Source: Candidatus Hadarchaeales archaeon (GTDB lineage Archaea > Hadarchaeota > Hadarchaeia > Hadarchaeales > Hadarchaeaceae). From it: a stretch of DNA of 27,965 nucleotides. The DNA is taken from assembly GCA_038872135.1 (NCBI GenBank), contig JAVZGN010000013.1, positions 1 through 27,965 of the forward strand, read 5' to 3'. The notes under the pieces are model-generated. The model did no database searches, was not told the DNA's origin, and was given only the letters and a program-made list of their open reading frames with translations. Below, piece by piece: positions 1-9,835 of the stretch. The stretch's first letter is position 1; each line of letters starts with the position of its first letter. The translations under genes and the position numbers were made by a program.

Positions 1-1
1 C

Positions 2-322
2 GATGCAATAATTTTCGTTGGCGGCTCTGGCTCCTCCCTTTACTTCAATGACCCAACTGCCCTGGCCATCGCAAAGGAAGCCTTCACAAAGAAAAAGGTG
101 GTAGGAGCCATCTGCATAGCTCCAGTGATCCTCGCAAACGCTGGAGTTCTGAAGGGAAAAAATGCAACAGTTTGGGATGGAGAGTTTGTTGAAAAGATTG
201 AAAGGGGCGGGGCAAAATTCGTGAACAGGCCAGTTGTTGTCGATGGAAATGTTGTCACGGCGAATGGTCCCCAAGCTGCAAGGGAGTTCGGCCGGGCAAT
301 CGCAAAGCTTCTGAGAGGATGA
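2..322 (+). CDS. DJ-1/PfpI family protein (5' end outside window)
   Basis: Frame open from base 2: DAIIFVGGSG...VVGAICIAPVILANAGVLKGKNATV...VVVDGNVVTANGP, with the nucleophile Cys in AICIAP. Confidence 0.9.
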   Translation, partial: DAIIFVGGSGSSLYFNDPTALAIAKEAFTKKKVVGAICIAPVILANAGVLKGKNATVWDGEFVEKIERGGAKFVNRPVVVDGNVVTANGPQAAREFGRAIAKLLRG

Positions 323-326
323 TCGG

Positions 327-1634
327 TTGATCGATATCTTGATCAAAGATGCCCACATCATCACAATGGATAATGAAGGCAGAATCTATCAGAAGGGTTC
401 GATTGCGATATCGGAGGGCAAGATAGTGGGAGTGGGGGAAGTGAAGGGGCCCGCCGACACTGTCATCGATGGGGCCGGGAAGGTTGCCCTCCCAGGATTG
501 GTTAACTCTCACACCCATCTCCCAATGACCCTCCTCAGAGGAGTTGCAGACGACATGACATTAAAACCATGGCTCACAGAAAAAATCTGGCCCCTTGAAA
601 GGCATCTCACCCCCGAGCGCGTCTACCTGGGGGCACTCCTCGGATGCCTGGAAATGATAAAATCTGGGACAACCTGCTTCGCAGATCAATATTTCTACAT
701 GGAGGAGGTGGCAAGAGCTGTGGAGGAGTCTGGAATTCGAGGTGTTCTCTCCTATGGGATAATCGAGCTCGGAGATCCAGACAGAAGAGAGAGGGAGATA
801 AAAATCGGGGAGCGCTTGATAAAAAATTGTCATGGGAAGGCAAACGGAAGAGTTCTGACGATGTTCGGCCCCCACGCCCCCTACACATGCTCAAAAGAGT
901 GTCTGCTGAAAGTGAAGGAGCTGGCCGGGAAATATGGAGTTGGCATCCACATCCACGTCAGCGAAAGTGATGAAGACATAAACGACACCATCGCCTTTCA
1001 GGGGGAGAGACCTATAAGACTCCTTGAGAAAATTGGCTTCTTGGGACCGGAGGTTCTAGCAGCCCACTGTGTAAAGGTCCTCCCAGATGAGATGGAGATC
1101 CTCAGGAAAAATGGGGTGAAGGTGGCCCACAACCCAGTGAGCAACATGAAGCTGGCCTCTGGGATTGCGCCGGTCACAGAGTTCCTGAGAAAAAACATTG
1201 TTGTAGGGATAGGAACAGACGGATGCGCGAGCAACAACAACCTAGACATGTTCGAGGAGATGAAAGTCTGCGCTCTAGTCCACAAGATCAGGGAGTCAGA
1301 CCCAACAGTTGCACCGGCGCGAGAAGTGCTGAAAATGGCAACCATGGGCGGGGCTAGGGCCCTGAGGCTTGAAAGGGAAATCGGCTCGATAGAAGTTGGA
1401 AAGAAGGCAGATATCATCCTCATCGACATGAAAAAACCCCACCTCACACCCCTCCACAATGTCATCTCCAGCCTCGTCTACTCTGCTCACGGCGATGATG
1501 TGGATACCGTGATCGTTGACGGAAAAATCCTGATGCAGGGGAGAAAGGTACTGACGGTCGATGAAGAGGAAATCATGCGCAGGGCTCAGAGGGCTGCCGA
1601 GGAGATGATTTCTGAGCATGAGGGAGCAAAATGA
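327..1634 (+). CDS. mtaD: Amidohydrolase, 5'-deoxyadenosine/MTA/SAH deaminase (DadD/MtaD family)
   Basis: PGLVNSHTH, GPHAPYTC, HIHVSE, AAHCV and GTDGCASNNNLDMFEEMK motifs; TTG start; ATGA overlap with ahcY. Confidence 0.88.
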   Translation: MIDILIKDAHIITMDNEGRIYQKGSIAISEGKIVGVGEVKGPADTVIDGAGKVALPGLVNSHTHLPMTLLRGVADDMTLKPWLTEKIWPLERHLTPERVYLGALLGCLEMIKSGTTCFADQYFYMEEVARAVEESGIRGVLSYGIIELGDPDRREREIKIGERLIKNCHGKANGRVLTMFGPHAPYTCSKECLLKVKELAGKYGVGIHIHVSESDEDINDTIAFQGERPIRLLEKIGFLGPEVLAAHCVKVLPDEMEILRKNGVKVAHNPVSNMKLASGIAPVTEFLRKNIVVGIGTDGCASNNNLDMFEEMKVCALVHKIRESDPTVAPAREVLKMATMGGARALRLEREIGSIEVGKKADIILIDMKKPHLTPLHNVISSLVYSAHGDDVDTVIVDGKILMQGRKVLTVDEEEIMRRAQRAAEEMISEHEGAK

Positions 1635-2890
1635 GTTTTAAAGTGAAAAACATCAATCTCGCGCCGCTGGGGAGGAAGAGGATAGAATGGGCAGAGAGCC
1701 ACATGCCCGTCCTGGCGGAGATCAGGCGAGAATTTAGAAAAAGCAAGCCGTTGAAAGGGGTGGTTGTCGGAGCCGCCCTCCACACTGAGGCAAAAACAGC
1801 CGTCCTCGTGAGAACCCTGATGGCCGGTGGGGCGGAGGTTGCGATAACAAGCTGCAATCCTCTCTCCACAAAAGATGATGTCGCCGCCGCGCTGGCCAGA
1901 GAAGGGGTTCACGTCTATGCCTGGAGGGGAGAGACTGTCAGGGACTACTACTCAAACCTCAACAGAGTTCTCGACCACTCCCCAGATGTTGTGATTGATG
2001 ATGGCGCCGACCTCATCACCCTCATCCACACCTCCCGCCGCGAGCTTCTCAAAAAGGTCATCGGGGGCTCGGAAGAGACGACAACAGGGATCCTCAGGTT
2101 GAAGGCGATGGCTAGGAAGAAACAGCTGAAGTTCCCGGTGATAGCGGTCAACGACACCCCATCAAAAAGATTTTTTGACAATAGGTTTGGAACTGCTGAA
2201 TCGACATTGCAGGCGATAATGAGCATAACAAACACCCAGATCTCTGGGAAAAAAATAGTTGTCGTCGGCTTTGGCTTTGTGGGACGGGGAATAGCTTTCA
2301 GGGCAAGGGGGCTTGGGGCAAGAGTGGCGGTGGTTGAAACCGATCCGATAAAAGCTCTGGAGGCTGTGATGGAGGGTTTTGATGTCCTTCCCATGAAAAA
2401 AGCTGCGGCCATCGGAGACATCTTCATCACCGCCACCGGCAACATTAACACCATCAAAGGCGAAGACATGAAGAGGATGAAGGATGGGGCGATCCTCTGC
2501 AATGCCGGCCACTTCAACGTTGAGATAGACATCCCCGCCCTCAACAGGCTTTCATTCTCAAGGAGGGAAGTTCTCCCGGACATCCAGGAGTTCCGGCTCA
2601 AAGATGGAAGAAGATTATACCTTCTATCTGAAGGGCGGCTGGTGAACCTCGCTGGGGAAAGATCTCTTGGCCACCCGATGGAAATAATGGACATGAGCTT
2701 TTCCCTTCAGGCCCTCGCCGTCGCCCACTTGGTCAAAAATGGCAGGAGCCTTCAGCCCGGCGTCTATGAGGTTCCACAGGAGATCGACAGAAAGGTCGCA
2801 GAGCTTAAGCTTCTCGCCTATGGAGTGGAGCTGGAAAAGCTTACCCCCGAGCAGAAGAAATACCTAGAGTCATGGGAGATGGGAACCTAG
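1631..2890 (+). CDS. ahcY: Adenosyl(inosyl)homocysteinase
   Basis: MPVL, LHTEAKTAVL, SCNPLST, DDGADL, EETTTG, FDNRFGT, GFGFVGRG, NAGHFNVEI, EGRLVNL and GHPMEIMDMSF. Confidence 0.97.
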   Translation: MSFKVKNINLAPLGRKRIEWAESHMPVLAEIRREFRKSKPLKGVVVGAALHTEAKTAVLVRTLMAGGAEVAITSCNPLSTKDDVAAALAREGVHVYAWRGETVRDYYSNLNRVLDHSPDVVIDDGADLITLIHTSRRELLKKVIGGSEETTTGILRLKAMARKKQLKFPVIAVNDTPSKRFFDNRFGTAESTLQAIMSITNTQISGKKIVVVGFGFVGRGIAFRARGLGARVAVVETDPIKALEAVMEGFDVLPMKKAAAIGDIFITATGNINTIKGEDMKRMKDGAILCNAGHFNVEIDIPALNRLSFSRREVLPDIQEFRLKDGRRLYLLSEGRLVNLAGERSLGHPMEIMDMSFSLQALAVAHLVKNGRSLQPGVYEVPQEIDRKVAELKLLAYGVELEKLTPEQKKYLESWEMGT

Positions 2891-4155
2891 CCCTCGAGCC
2901 TGAACCTCAGGAGCGCCGCAAGCCCCCCGAAGGCCATCTCAAGCTCTCTCCCCTCATCCGTCTCGTTTGAGATGAACTCCACCTTTGTGTCAAATTTCTC
3001 CGCAATGTTCACAAGCTCTTGAACAACATCAGTTTTTCCCACGATGGAGAGTCTGAAATCCCCACAGTTTGGGCAGGGGGTTGTTGAAAGCATCTTCTCG
3101 TATCTTTCAGGGTTGTCCACCGACTGCATAAACTCATGGCCACATCCCGCACATCTCACGCTGACTTTGGTTTTTCTGAAACTCTCAGAGATCAACAGGG
3201 TATCAACCGCCCCGTGTTCAAGCGCACTTTTCACCTCCCTCTCTCCATATGTCACGAGCCCTCTCCCCCCAACAAGCTCCTCGAGGAACTTCTGCATAAG
3301 CTCCTTCTCCCTTATTATCTCCATCCCCGCGAGAACCTCCCCAGCCTTCCCCATCAGCTCCTTTATCCCCTCCTCATCTGTATAGCCCACATCAAAAACT
3401 CCCCCGATTTTCTTGGAAAGCTCATGGTGAAGAAGCTCCTCCTTCAAGAAGTCCTCTTTCGTTGGACCGGGACCTGCGACCAATATCGTCTTCAAATCTT
3501 TTATCTGCAGGAAAGCTTGATTTGCAGCCTCTGCCACCCTCTTGTAGAACTCCTGAACGGCGATCTCGTGGAGCCTCTCAAATCTCCTCGCCGACTGCCC
3601 ACCCTTCGAGTGCTTTCCAGGAATCCCAGAGGTCAGCCTTTTAATCACCTCCACATGCTTCCCCCTCATGGAAGCTATCGTCGCCTCCTTTCCATCCAGC
3701 AGGAGCAGCCCTATGGTCTCCTTCACCTCTAGCATCTCCTCAAGTGGTTTGAGCACAAACTCCTGATCACATCTATACATCTTCACTGTAATCGGCTCAG
3801 GAGGCTCCACCCAGTAGAGCTGGATGTCTACATAGTCTTCCCTCCCAGCGACATTCCCAGCAAATATCGCCATCCCATTCGGGGGCGGTTTCCTGTTTTT
3901 CTCCATGTATGTCCTCAAAAACTGGATGACCCTCTCAAGGGCTGCAACAACGTTCTTCCGCGTGGTTTTCGATTTTATGTTTTCCGCGGTCCCCTGCTCC
4001 TCCCTAAGCTGCTGCATTATCTTGCCCAGGTCAAAATCCGGGGGGATATAAACTGTGATGAGCTCTGTCCCCCTTCCCTTCTTCTCCTTCAGCTCCTCCA
4101 GCAACCTCCTAAACCTGTACCTCGCCTTGGCATCTTCCGTCACTCGGCTCCCCAT
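2887..4155 (-). CDS. prf1: Peptide chain release factor aRF1 (start may be GTG at 4143)
   Basis: GRGTELITVYIP, NIKS, YRCD, HSKGGQSARRF and FGGLAALLRF; CxxC...CxxC zinc-ribbon insertion in domain 3. Confidence 0.97.
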   Translation of the reverse strand: MGSRVTEDAKARYRFRRLLEELKEKKGRGTELITVYIPPDFDLGKIMQQLREEQGTAENIKSKTTRKNVVAALERVIQFLRTYMEKNRKPPPNGMAIFAGNVAGREDYVDIQLYWVEPPEPITVKMYRCDQEFVLKPLEEMLEVKETIGLLLLDGKEATIASMRGKHVEVIKRLTSGIPGKHSKGGQSARRFERLHEIAVQEFYKRVAEAANQAFLQIKDLKTILVAGPGPTKEDFLKEELLHHELSKKIGGVFDVGYTDEEGIKELMGKAGEVLAGMEIIREKELMQKFLEELVGGRGLVTYGEREVKSALEHGAVDTLLISESFRKTKVSVRCAGCGHEFMQSVDNPERYEKMLSTTPCPNCGDFRLSIVGKTDVVQELVNIAEKFDTKVEFISNETDEGRELEMAFGGLAALLRFRLEG

Positions 4156-4204
4156 TATCTACATACCGAAGTTTAATATAGGGTGAAGGTGGGTTTTTTT
4201 TTGA

Positions 4205-4891
4205 ATGAAAATAACCATTTGCATTGGAGGAGCTGCGCTAGCCCCTGAAGAAATAGATGCCGAAGTCCTCAGAAAAACTGTCCAAGCGATTGGAGAGATG
4301 GTTGAGGCCGGCCACCAGGTCTATGTTGTAGTTGGGGGCGGCGGAGTAGCAAGAAAATACATCCAGAGGGCCAGGGAGATGGGAATGTCTCAGGCAGAAC
4401 AGGATAAAATCGGAATTGCTGCTACAAGGCTGAACGCCCAGCTTCTCATCTCAGCTCTGGGGAAGCTCGCCGCTCCTGATGTCATGACGACAGCCGAGGC
4501 TGCAATCAGCGCATCCACGAAAGGGCTTGTCCCAGTGATGGGTGGGGTCAGCCCTGGACAGACGACCGACGCTGTTGCAGCATTCCTGGCAATGAAAAGT
4601 GGCTCAGATCTCCTAATCTTCATCACAGATGTGGACGGCATTTACGCTGAAGATCCAAAGAAAAATCCCCTTGCACAAAAAATTGAGAAGATGACGACAG
4701 AGGAGCTGGTGAAGAAATTTGGAGGTGAAAAAATGATCCCCGGCATGAAAACAGTCATTGACCCCCTGGCTTCAAGATTGATTCACCAGTACAAGATAAA
4801 CACAGTGGTCATCGGCAAGAAAGATTTGGACAATTTACTCAACATTGCCAGCGGGGGGCAGCACTCCGGAACAACAATAGTGCCGGTGTAA
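4205..4891 (+). CDS. pyrH: UMP kinase (archaeal type)
   Basis: VVVGGGGVARKYI, DKIGIAATRLNA, GGVSPGQTTDAVAA and TDVDGIYAEDPKKNP. Confidence 0.93.
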   Translation: MKITICIGGAALAPEEIDAEVLRKTVQAIGEMVEAGHQVYVVVGGGGVARKYIQRAREMGMSQAEQDKIGIAATRLNAQLLISALGKLAAPDVMTTAEAAISASTKGLVPVMGGVSPGQTTDAVAAFLAMKSGSDLLIFITDVDGIYAEDPKKNPLAQKIEKMTTEELVKKFGGEKMIPGMKTVIDPLASRLIHQYKINTVVIGKKDLDNLLNIASGGQHSGTTIVPV

Positions 4892-4893
4892 AG

Positions 4894-5088
4894 ATGGAAG
4901 ACCACAAACACTGCATCATCTGCGGAAAGGCAATCCCACCAGATAAATACATCTGCTCGCCCTCATGCGAGACAATCTTAAAATCTCACCAGAGGCAGGC
5001 TCAGAGGATGAGAATTGTAACCCTCGGAGTCTTCTTCCTGTTTTTCATCATCCTACTGGCAACAGCAATTCTCCGCTCTCAGGCGTGA
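4894..5088 (+). CDS. DUF2116 family Zn-ribbon protein with C-terminal TM helix
   Basis: HKHCIICGKAIPPDKYICSPSC followed by a hydrophobic tail; directly after pyrH, a common archaeal arrangement. Confidence 0.88.
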   Translation: MEDHKHCIICGKAIPPDKYICSPSCETILKSHQRQAQRMRIVTLGVFFLFFIILLATAILRSQA

Positions 5089-5097
5089 GGCCTCGAG

Positions 5098-7758
5098 CTA
5101 CAGCTCAACGATTACTGTGATCGGAAGATTTCCCACATCTACCTTTTCTACTTTCCTCCCCGAAATCTCCGTCTCTCTAATGAAAACCAGATCTTCGCTT
5201 TCCAAGAGAAACTCTTTTCCACCTATCTCCAAAGCAAGCCTTCCACTCCTCAACTTCTCCGATATCTCTTCCCGAGACATCCTCCTGAGACCCTCCTCAA
5301 GAAGCTTCACATCCTTCCTGAACTTCGGGCCAACCCTGGAATAGTTGAGAGAAACTCCCTTAATCTTCTCAAGAAGATCTGGGAGTTGCCCGCAAACCTC
5401 TGTTTTCATTATCCTTATCGTCCCAGCAATATCCCGAACCCCTGAGGAAATGATTCCCCTCAGCCGCTCATCGGGACAGCAGATAATTGCCCTGGAGATT
5501 TCTTGAGAGAGAGCAATTCTCCTCTCAGACTTGAAATTCCGGAGAGCGCCAACAACTGTGTTTATCACCTCTCCAGCTTTCTCGGCCTCTTCATCGATGA
5601 GACTTTCATCAGCCTTTGGCCAGCTGAGGAGATGAACACTTTTTTCTTTACCCTCGGCAAAACAGCTCTGATAAACCTCCTCCGCAAAATGGGGAATGAA
5701 TGGCGCGAGGAGCCTGATGACAGTGAAAATGGCCTCTCGGAGCGTCGCCCGAGCTGGATCTGCGTTTTCTCCTCCATAGAGGCGATACTTGACCCCTTCA
5801 ATATACATGTCACAGAAGTCATGCCACACAAAAGCCTGGATTTTTTTAAGCGCAAGATTGAAGTTGAAGTCTTCCAAAGCAGATGTTACCTCTCTCACCA
5901 ATCGGTTCAGTTTGCTGAGGATCCATCTATCTAATGGCGAAAGCTCCAACTTTTTGATATCTAGTCCTCCGGCCATGTAGGGGGCTGCAAACCTCACAGC
6001 ATTCCAAAGCTTCCGCATAAACTTATAACCAAATTCCACCTCCTTCCAGCTGAACGGGACATCAGAACCTGTTGTCGCCCCCAAGACAGCCCACTGCCGG
6101 AGGGCATCGGCCCCAAACTTCTTCCTCGCGAAGGTTGTGTCAACATAATTTCCAAGAGATTTTGACATCTTTTTGCCGTCAGATCCAACCACCATCCCAT
6201 TTATCATCACAGTTTTGTATGGCGCAGAACCCAGAAGGGCGAGATGCCTGACCATAAGATAGTAGTCCCAAGTCCTGATGATGTCTGTCCCATTGGGCTG
6301 TAGATCAGCGGGATACAACCTTGAATCAATTTCCGGCCATCCTGCGTGGACGGCTATGGTGATCGAACTGTCCATCCATGTATCTAAAACATCTCTCTCC
6401 GGCTCAAACTTGTTTCCGCCGCACCTTGGGCAATTTCTCTTTGGAGCGTCTTTCCATGGAATCACCGGCAGCTCCTCCTCCTCGGCAACCATCGGCTCTT
6501 TGCAGGAGGAGCAGTACCAGACAGGGATCGGCGTGGCAAATATCCTCTGCCTAGAGATAACCCAGTCCCAGTCCATAGATTTTGCCCAGTCCTTCAGTCT
6601 TGAGCCCATGTGGGGCGGAACCCATCTCACCTTTTCCGCTTCTTCCACCACCCTCTCATTCAAATCGAGGACCCTCATAAACCACTGGGGGACGGAAAGG
6701 ATTTCCACAGGTGTTTTGCACCGCCAGCACACCCCAACGCTCTGCTCAAGCCTTTCGCTCCTTTCCAAAACTCCTGCTTTTTCCAAGTCCTCCAGGATAG
6801 CTTTCCTCGCCTCCATGATTGAAAGACCGCGGTACTTCCCGGCAGAGGCTGTCATCCTCCCCCTTTCATCTATGAGCTTCACAACCGGAAGTTTGTGCTT
6901 TTTGACCCACTTGACATCAGTCTTGTCTCCAAATGTGCATATCATGACGACACCAGTGCCGAAGTTTGGATCTACCTCCGCATCTTCCATTATTCCAACA
7001 ACCTGGCCCATCGGCGGCACCTTCACCTTCTTCCCAACATGCTTCCTGTATCTTTCATCTGCGGGGTGGACAGCCACAGCGACGCAGGCTGGAAGGAACT
7101 CAGGCCTAGTGGTCGCAATCGTTATTTTTTCCCCGTCATCCAGCTCAAACTTCAGGTAATTCAGAAATGTTTCCCGCTCGCTGTACTCCACCTCAGCATC
7201 TGCTATCGCCGTCTCACATCTTGGGCACCAGTTGACCGGATGCTCCCCCCTGTAGATGAGCCCCTTTTTGTAGAGCCTAACGAAAGAAAGCTGTGTTTTT
7301 GAGTAGTAGGAGGGATCCATCGTCCTGTACTCCGTTGACCAGTCTATTGAAAACCCGAGGGACCTCATCTCCTCCCTCATGTGAGCGATGTTCTCCTCCG
7401 TGAGCTGGATGCATAGCTCCCTGAATTTTTCTGGAGGAAGATCCCCCTTCTTTATCCCATATTTCTTTTCTACCTGAACCTCCGTTGGAAGCCCATGACA
7501 GTCCCATCCCTGAGGAAAGAAAACGTTGAACCCCTGCATCCTCTTGTACCTCGCAACGATGTCCATGTACGTCCAGTTGAGGGCAGTTCCCATGTGAAAC
7601 TCCCCTGAAGGATAGGGAGGAGGAGTATCGATCACATAGGTGGGGCTCTTGAAGTCGTCTTTTCTGAAGGCATATATCTTCTCCTCTAGCCACTTCTTCT
7701 GCCACTTTGGCTCCACTTCCAGCGGGTTGTAATCTTTTGAAATTTCCATCCAGCTCAT
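5098..7758 (-). CDS. valS: Valine--tRNA ligase (archaeal type)
   Basis: [56 protein letters not shown] and KLWNA. Confidence 0.97.
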   Translation of the reverse strand: MSWMEISKDYNPLEVEPKWQKKWLEEKIYAFRKDDFKSPTYVIDTPPPYPSGEFHMGTALNWTYMDIVARYKRMQGFNVFFPQGWDCHGLPTEVQVEKKYGIKKGDLPPEKFRELCIQLTEENIAHMREEMRSLGFSIDWSTEYRTMDPSYYSKTQLSFVRLYKKGLIYRGEHPVNWCPRCETAIADAEVEYSERETFLNYLKFELDDGEKITIATTRPEFLPACVAVAVHPADERYRKHVGKKVKVPPMGQVVGIMEDAEVDPNFGTGVVMICTFGDKTDVKWVKKHKLPVVKLIDERGRMTASAGKYRGLSIMEARKAILEDLEKAGVLERSERLEQSVGVCWRCKTPVEILSVPQWFMRVLDLNERVVEEAEKVRWVPPHMGSRLKDWAKSMDWDWVISRQRIFATPIPVWYCSSCKEPMVAEEEELPVIPWKDAPKRNCPRCGGNKFEPERDVLDTWMDSSITIAVHAGWPEIDSRLYPADLQPNGTDIIRTWDYYLMVRHLALLGSAPYKTVMINGMVVGSDGKKMSKSLGNYVDTTFARKKFGADALRQWAVLGATTGSDVPFSWKEVEFGYKFMRKLWNAVRFAAPYMAGGLDIKKLELSPLDRWILSKLNRLVREVTSALEDFNFNLALKKIQAFVWHDFCDMYIEGVKYRLYGGENADPARATLREAIFTVIRLLAPFIPHFAEEVYQSCFAEGKEKSVHLLSWPKADESLIDEEAEKAGEVINTVVGALRNFKSERRIALSQEISRAIICCPDERLRGIISSGVRDIAGTIRIMKTEVCGQLPDLLEKIKGVSLNYSRVGPKFRKDVKLLEEGLRRMSREEISEKLRSGRLALEIGGKEFLLESEDLVFIRETEISGRKVEKVDVGNLPITVIVEL

Positions 7759-7795
7759 CTCGAAAATTGTGCTCAGGTTTTAAATCGGTTGAGGG

Positions 7796-8767
7796 TCATC
7801 TCAGGACTATTCGGGATGTAAACTCCTTCTTTTTCCTCATGGCCCTCTGCAGGAGCGATCGAAGGACTTCTCTCGCCTTCCCCTCCTTTGCTACTCTCAG
7901 GTGCTCGCGGCAGAAATTTGCTAGGTCCTCAAGATGGCGGGTTGGCCTGAAGTTTCTGTCCCCCCAGTCAAAAATTGCGCAGATTTTTCCTGGCAGATAC
8001 CCCTTCTCATAGTCGCCATAGATTCTTGAAACCCTCTCCTTTGTCTCTTCGGGAACTATCGCCCCTTCCCTCCTGAACAGAAGATCTGTTCCATTCTCCC
8101 CGAGGCCAAAAAGAGCCTCGGAAGCTATGAGATAAACCCTGAAATTTGGCCACCATTCTCTGAACCTACTCTCCCATTCCCTGAGCTTCTCAGCACCAAC
8201 TGCCGACCCCGCGATTGTGAAAAAAATGAGCCCCTTGACGTCATAATCCCTCTCCCTCAGCTCACTCCTGGTGGTGGCCAGGGCCTGGGACAGGGTTGCG
8301 CCAGTGGCTATCGTTTCCCCAGCGAAGAGAAAACCATTGTCTGGTAGAGCATCAAAGCTAACATAGAAGACATCGGCTTCAAATTCTCCGCCGGAGATCC
8401 TCCGCCTTTTCACCCCTATGAAACAGCGGGGGAGATACTGCCCCGTTTCAAGCTGAAATGCTTGGTCAAGACAGTACCCTAGGCTTCCCCTCAGCATCAC
8501 CAACTCACATATCCTATCGAGGGAGATTTTCCTGAGCCTTGGAGCAACCGCCCAGGCTGCTCTGAGGAAAAGCCTGCTGCACTCTAGGGAATATCTCCTC
8601 AGCTCATTCCCGCAGATATCTGGATTGAAGATTATCTTCTGGGCCGGGGGAATGCTCACAATATACGTGTTCTTCGGAAGCTTCTCGTTGCCGACAGAAT
8701 AAGCTGGGTACTCAAACTTCACATCCGCCCTTCTTAGCACCTGCAAGACCATCCTCCGGAAGCTCAC
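7796..8767 (-). CDS. Divergent type I phosphoribosyltransferase (UPRTase-like)
   Basis: LVMLRGS (cf. UPRT ILRAG), LFAGETIATGATL (PRPP loop) and CAIFDWGDRNF (cf. UPRT GDxGDRxF); GTG start overlapping upstream stop. Confidence 0.6.
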   Translation of the reverse strand: MSFRRMVLQVLRRADVKFEYPAYSVGNEKLPKNTYIVSIPPAQKIIFNPDICGNELRRYSLECSRLFLRAAWAVAPRLRKISLDRICELVMLRGSLGYCLDQAFQLETGQYLPRCFIGVKRRRISGGEFEADVFYVSFDALPDNGFLFAGETIATGATLSQALATTRSELRERDYDVKGLIFFTIAGSAVGAEKLREWESRFREWWPNFRVYLIASEALFGLGENGTDLLFRREGAIVPEETKERVSRIYGDYEKGYLPGKICAIFDWGDRNFRPTRHLEDLANFCREHLRVAKEGKAREVLRSLLQRAMRKKKEFTSRIVLR

Positions 8768-9006
8768 ATCTCAACGATGATTGATGTCTCGGTGTACTTC
8801 ACGCCGGAAATCTTCTGGATTTCTCCAACCACAGACTTTCCAATCGCTGCCACGTCCTCAACTTCAATTCTCGCGACGATATCAAACCTTCCGGTGGTCG
8901 CTGCTGCAAATTTCACTTCCGGAAGCTTTTTTATCTTTCTGAGGATTTCCAGCGCCTTGCCGGGATCGGTCCTGATGTAGACGATTGCCTGGATGCTATC
9001 ACCCAC
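8764..9006 (-). CDS. Lrp/AsnC ligand-binding (RAM) domain protein, no HTH
   Basis: 80 aa: AIVYIRTDPGK...LPEV...TTGRFDIVARIE...IQKISGVKYTETSI. Confidence 0.9.
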   Translation of the reverse strand: MGDSIQAIVYIRTDPGKALEILRKIKKLPEVKFAAATTGRFDIVARIEVEDVAAIGKSVVGEIQKISGVKYTETSIIVEM

Positions 9007-9054
9007 AATTATCTGATGCCATCGATTTAAAAGAGTAGAAGGTATATTGGTGGG

Positions 9055-9813
9055 ATGAATAGACTGCCTGAGAAGGGGAGAATTCCAGTTGTCACAGTGA
9101 TGCTCGTCCTTTTAAACCTCGCAGCTTTCATCCTGATATCCGGCAGCGAATCCCCCGAGGCGCTTATGAGAAAATATGGATTCGGCCCTGAAGATTTTGT
9201 CAAGGGGAGAAATCTTCTGACGGTAATCACCTCGGCATTCGTTCATGTAGACTGGACCCACCTCTTCGGAAACCTTGTGTACCTGATCATTTTCGGGCTG
9301 CTACTTGAACACAGGGTTGGGTACCTGAAGTTTCTTTTGATATACTTCACCTCCCATTTTTTCGCACTAATGGTTGGCGTGGTCTTCTCTTTCCGCTCGA
9401 CGATGGTTGGGGCATCCGCAGCAATCTCGGGGGTTATGGGCGCATGCTTTGCGGGTTACCCTGAGGAGAAAAGCTCTCTCGGGCTGCTGGCGTTTGCAAC
9501 TCTTCCGCTCATCTCCTCTTTTGTCCCAATCGTCGTCACAACCTCACTGCTTCTCTTTGTGGTTGCCCCGCTGTTTTTCTTTGCCTCAATGGTTCTTGTG
9601 CCGATATGGCCTTTCATCTTGATTTTTCTCCTCTACCAGACAAAATTCGCGGTGGAGTTTGCAAATGTTCCAGTAGCTGGAGAGATAAAGTACTGGGCGC
9701 ACATCATCGGCTTCATTGCTGGGGAATTTTTAATCATTGCATTGAAGGGACGGAAAAAGAAAACTGAAAAAGGGGAAAACTCAAGAACCCGCCGGGAGAT
9801 TTTTGGTTTATAA
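9055..9813 (+). CDS. Rhomboid family intramembrane serine protease
   Basis: SAFVHVDWTHLFGNL, VGASAAISGVMG (catalytic Ser) and YWAHIIGF (catalytic His); multiple TM segments. Confidence 0.93.
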   Translation: MNRLPEKGRIPVVTVMLVLLNLAAFILISGSESPEALMRKYGFGPEDFVKGRNLLTVITSAFVHVDWTHLFGNLVYLIIFGLLLEHRVGYLKFLLIYFTSHFFALMVGVVFSFRSTMVGASAAISGVMGACFAGYPEEKSSLGLLAFATLPLISSFVPIVVTTSLLLFVVAPLFFFASMVLVPIWPFILIFLLYQTKFAVEFANVPVAGEIKYWAHIIGFIAGEFLIIALKGRKKKTEKGENSRTRREIFGL

Positions 9814-9835
9814 ATCCCCTCCACCCAAGCCTTTG

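Noticed and set aside
2887..2890. ahcY and prf1 share a CTAG with overlapping stop codons
   Set aside because: Common in compact archaeal genomes; no evidence of readthrough or recoding
6278..7159. 293-aa + strand ORF, and similar Ser/Pro/Phe-rich antisense ORFs throughout
   Set aside because: Antisense shadows of valS and other real genes
9812..9822. AAATCCCCTCC matches the tRNA-Leu 3' region (19747-19757), a possible att site
   Set aside because: Only 11 nt, upstream of the tRNA, and the interval contains core genes (rpl21e, rpoF, rpoD); probably chance
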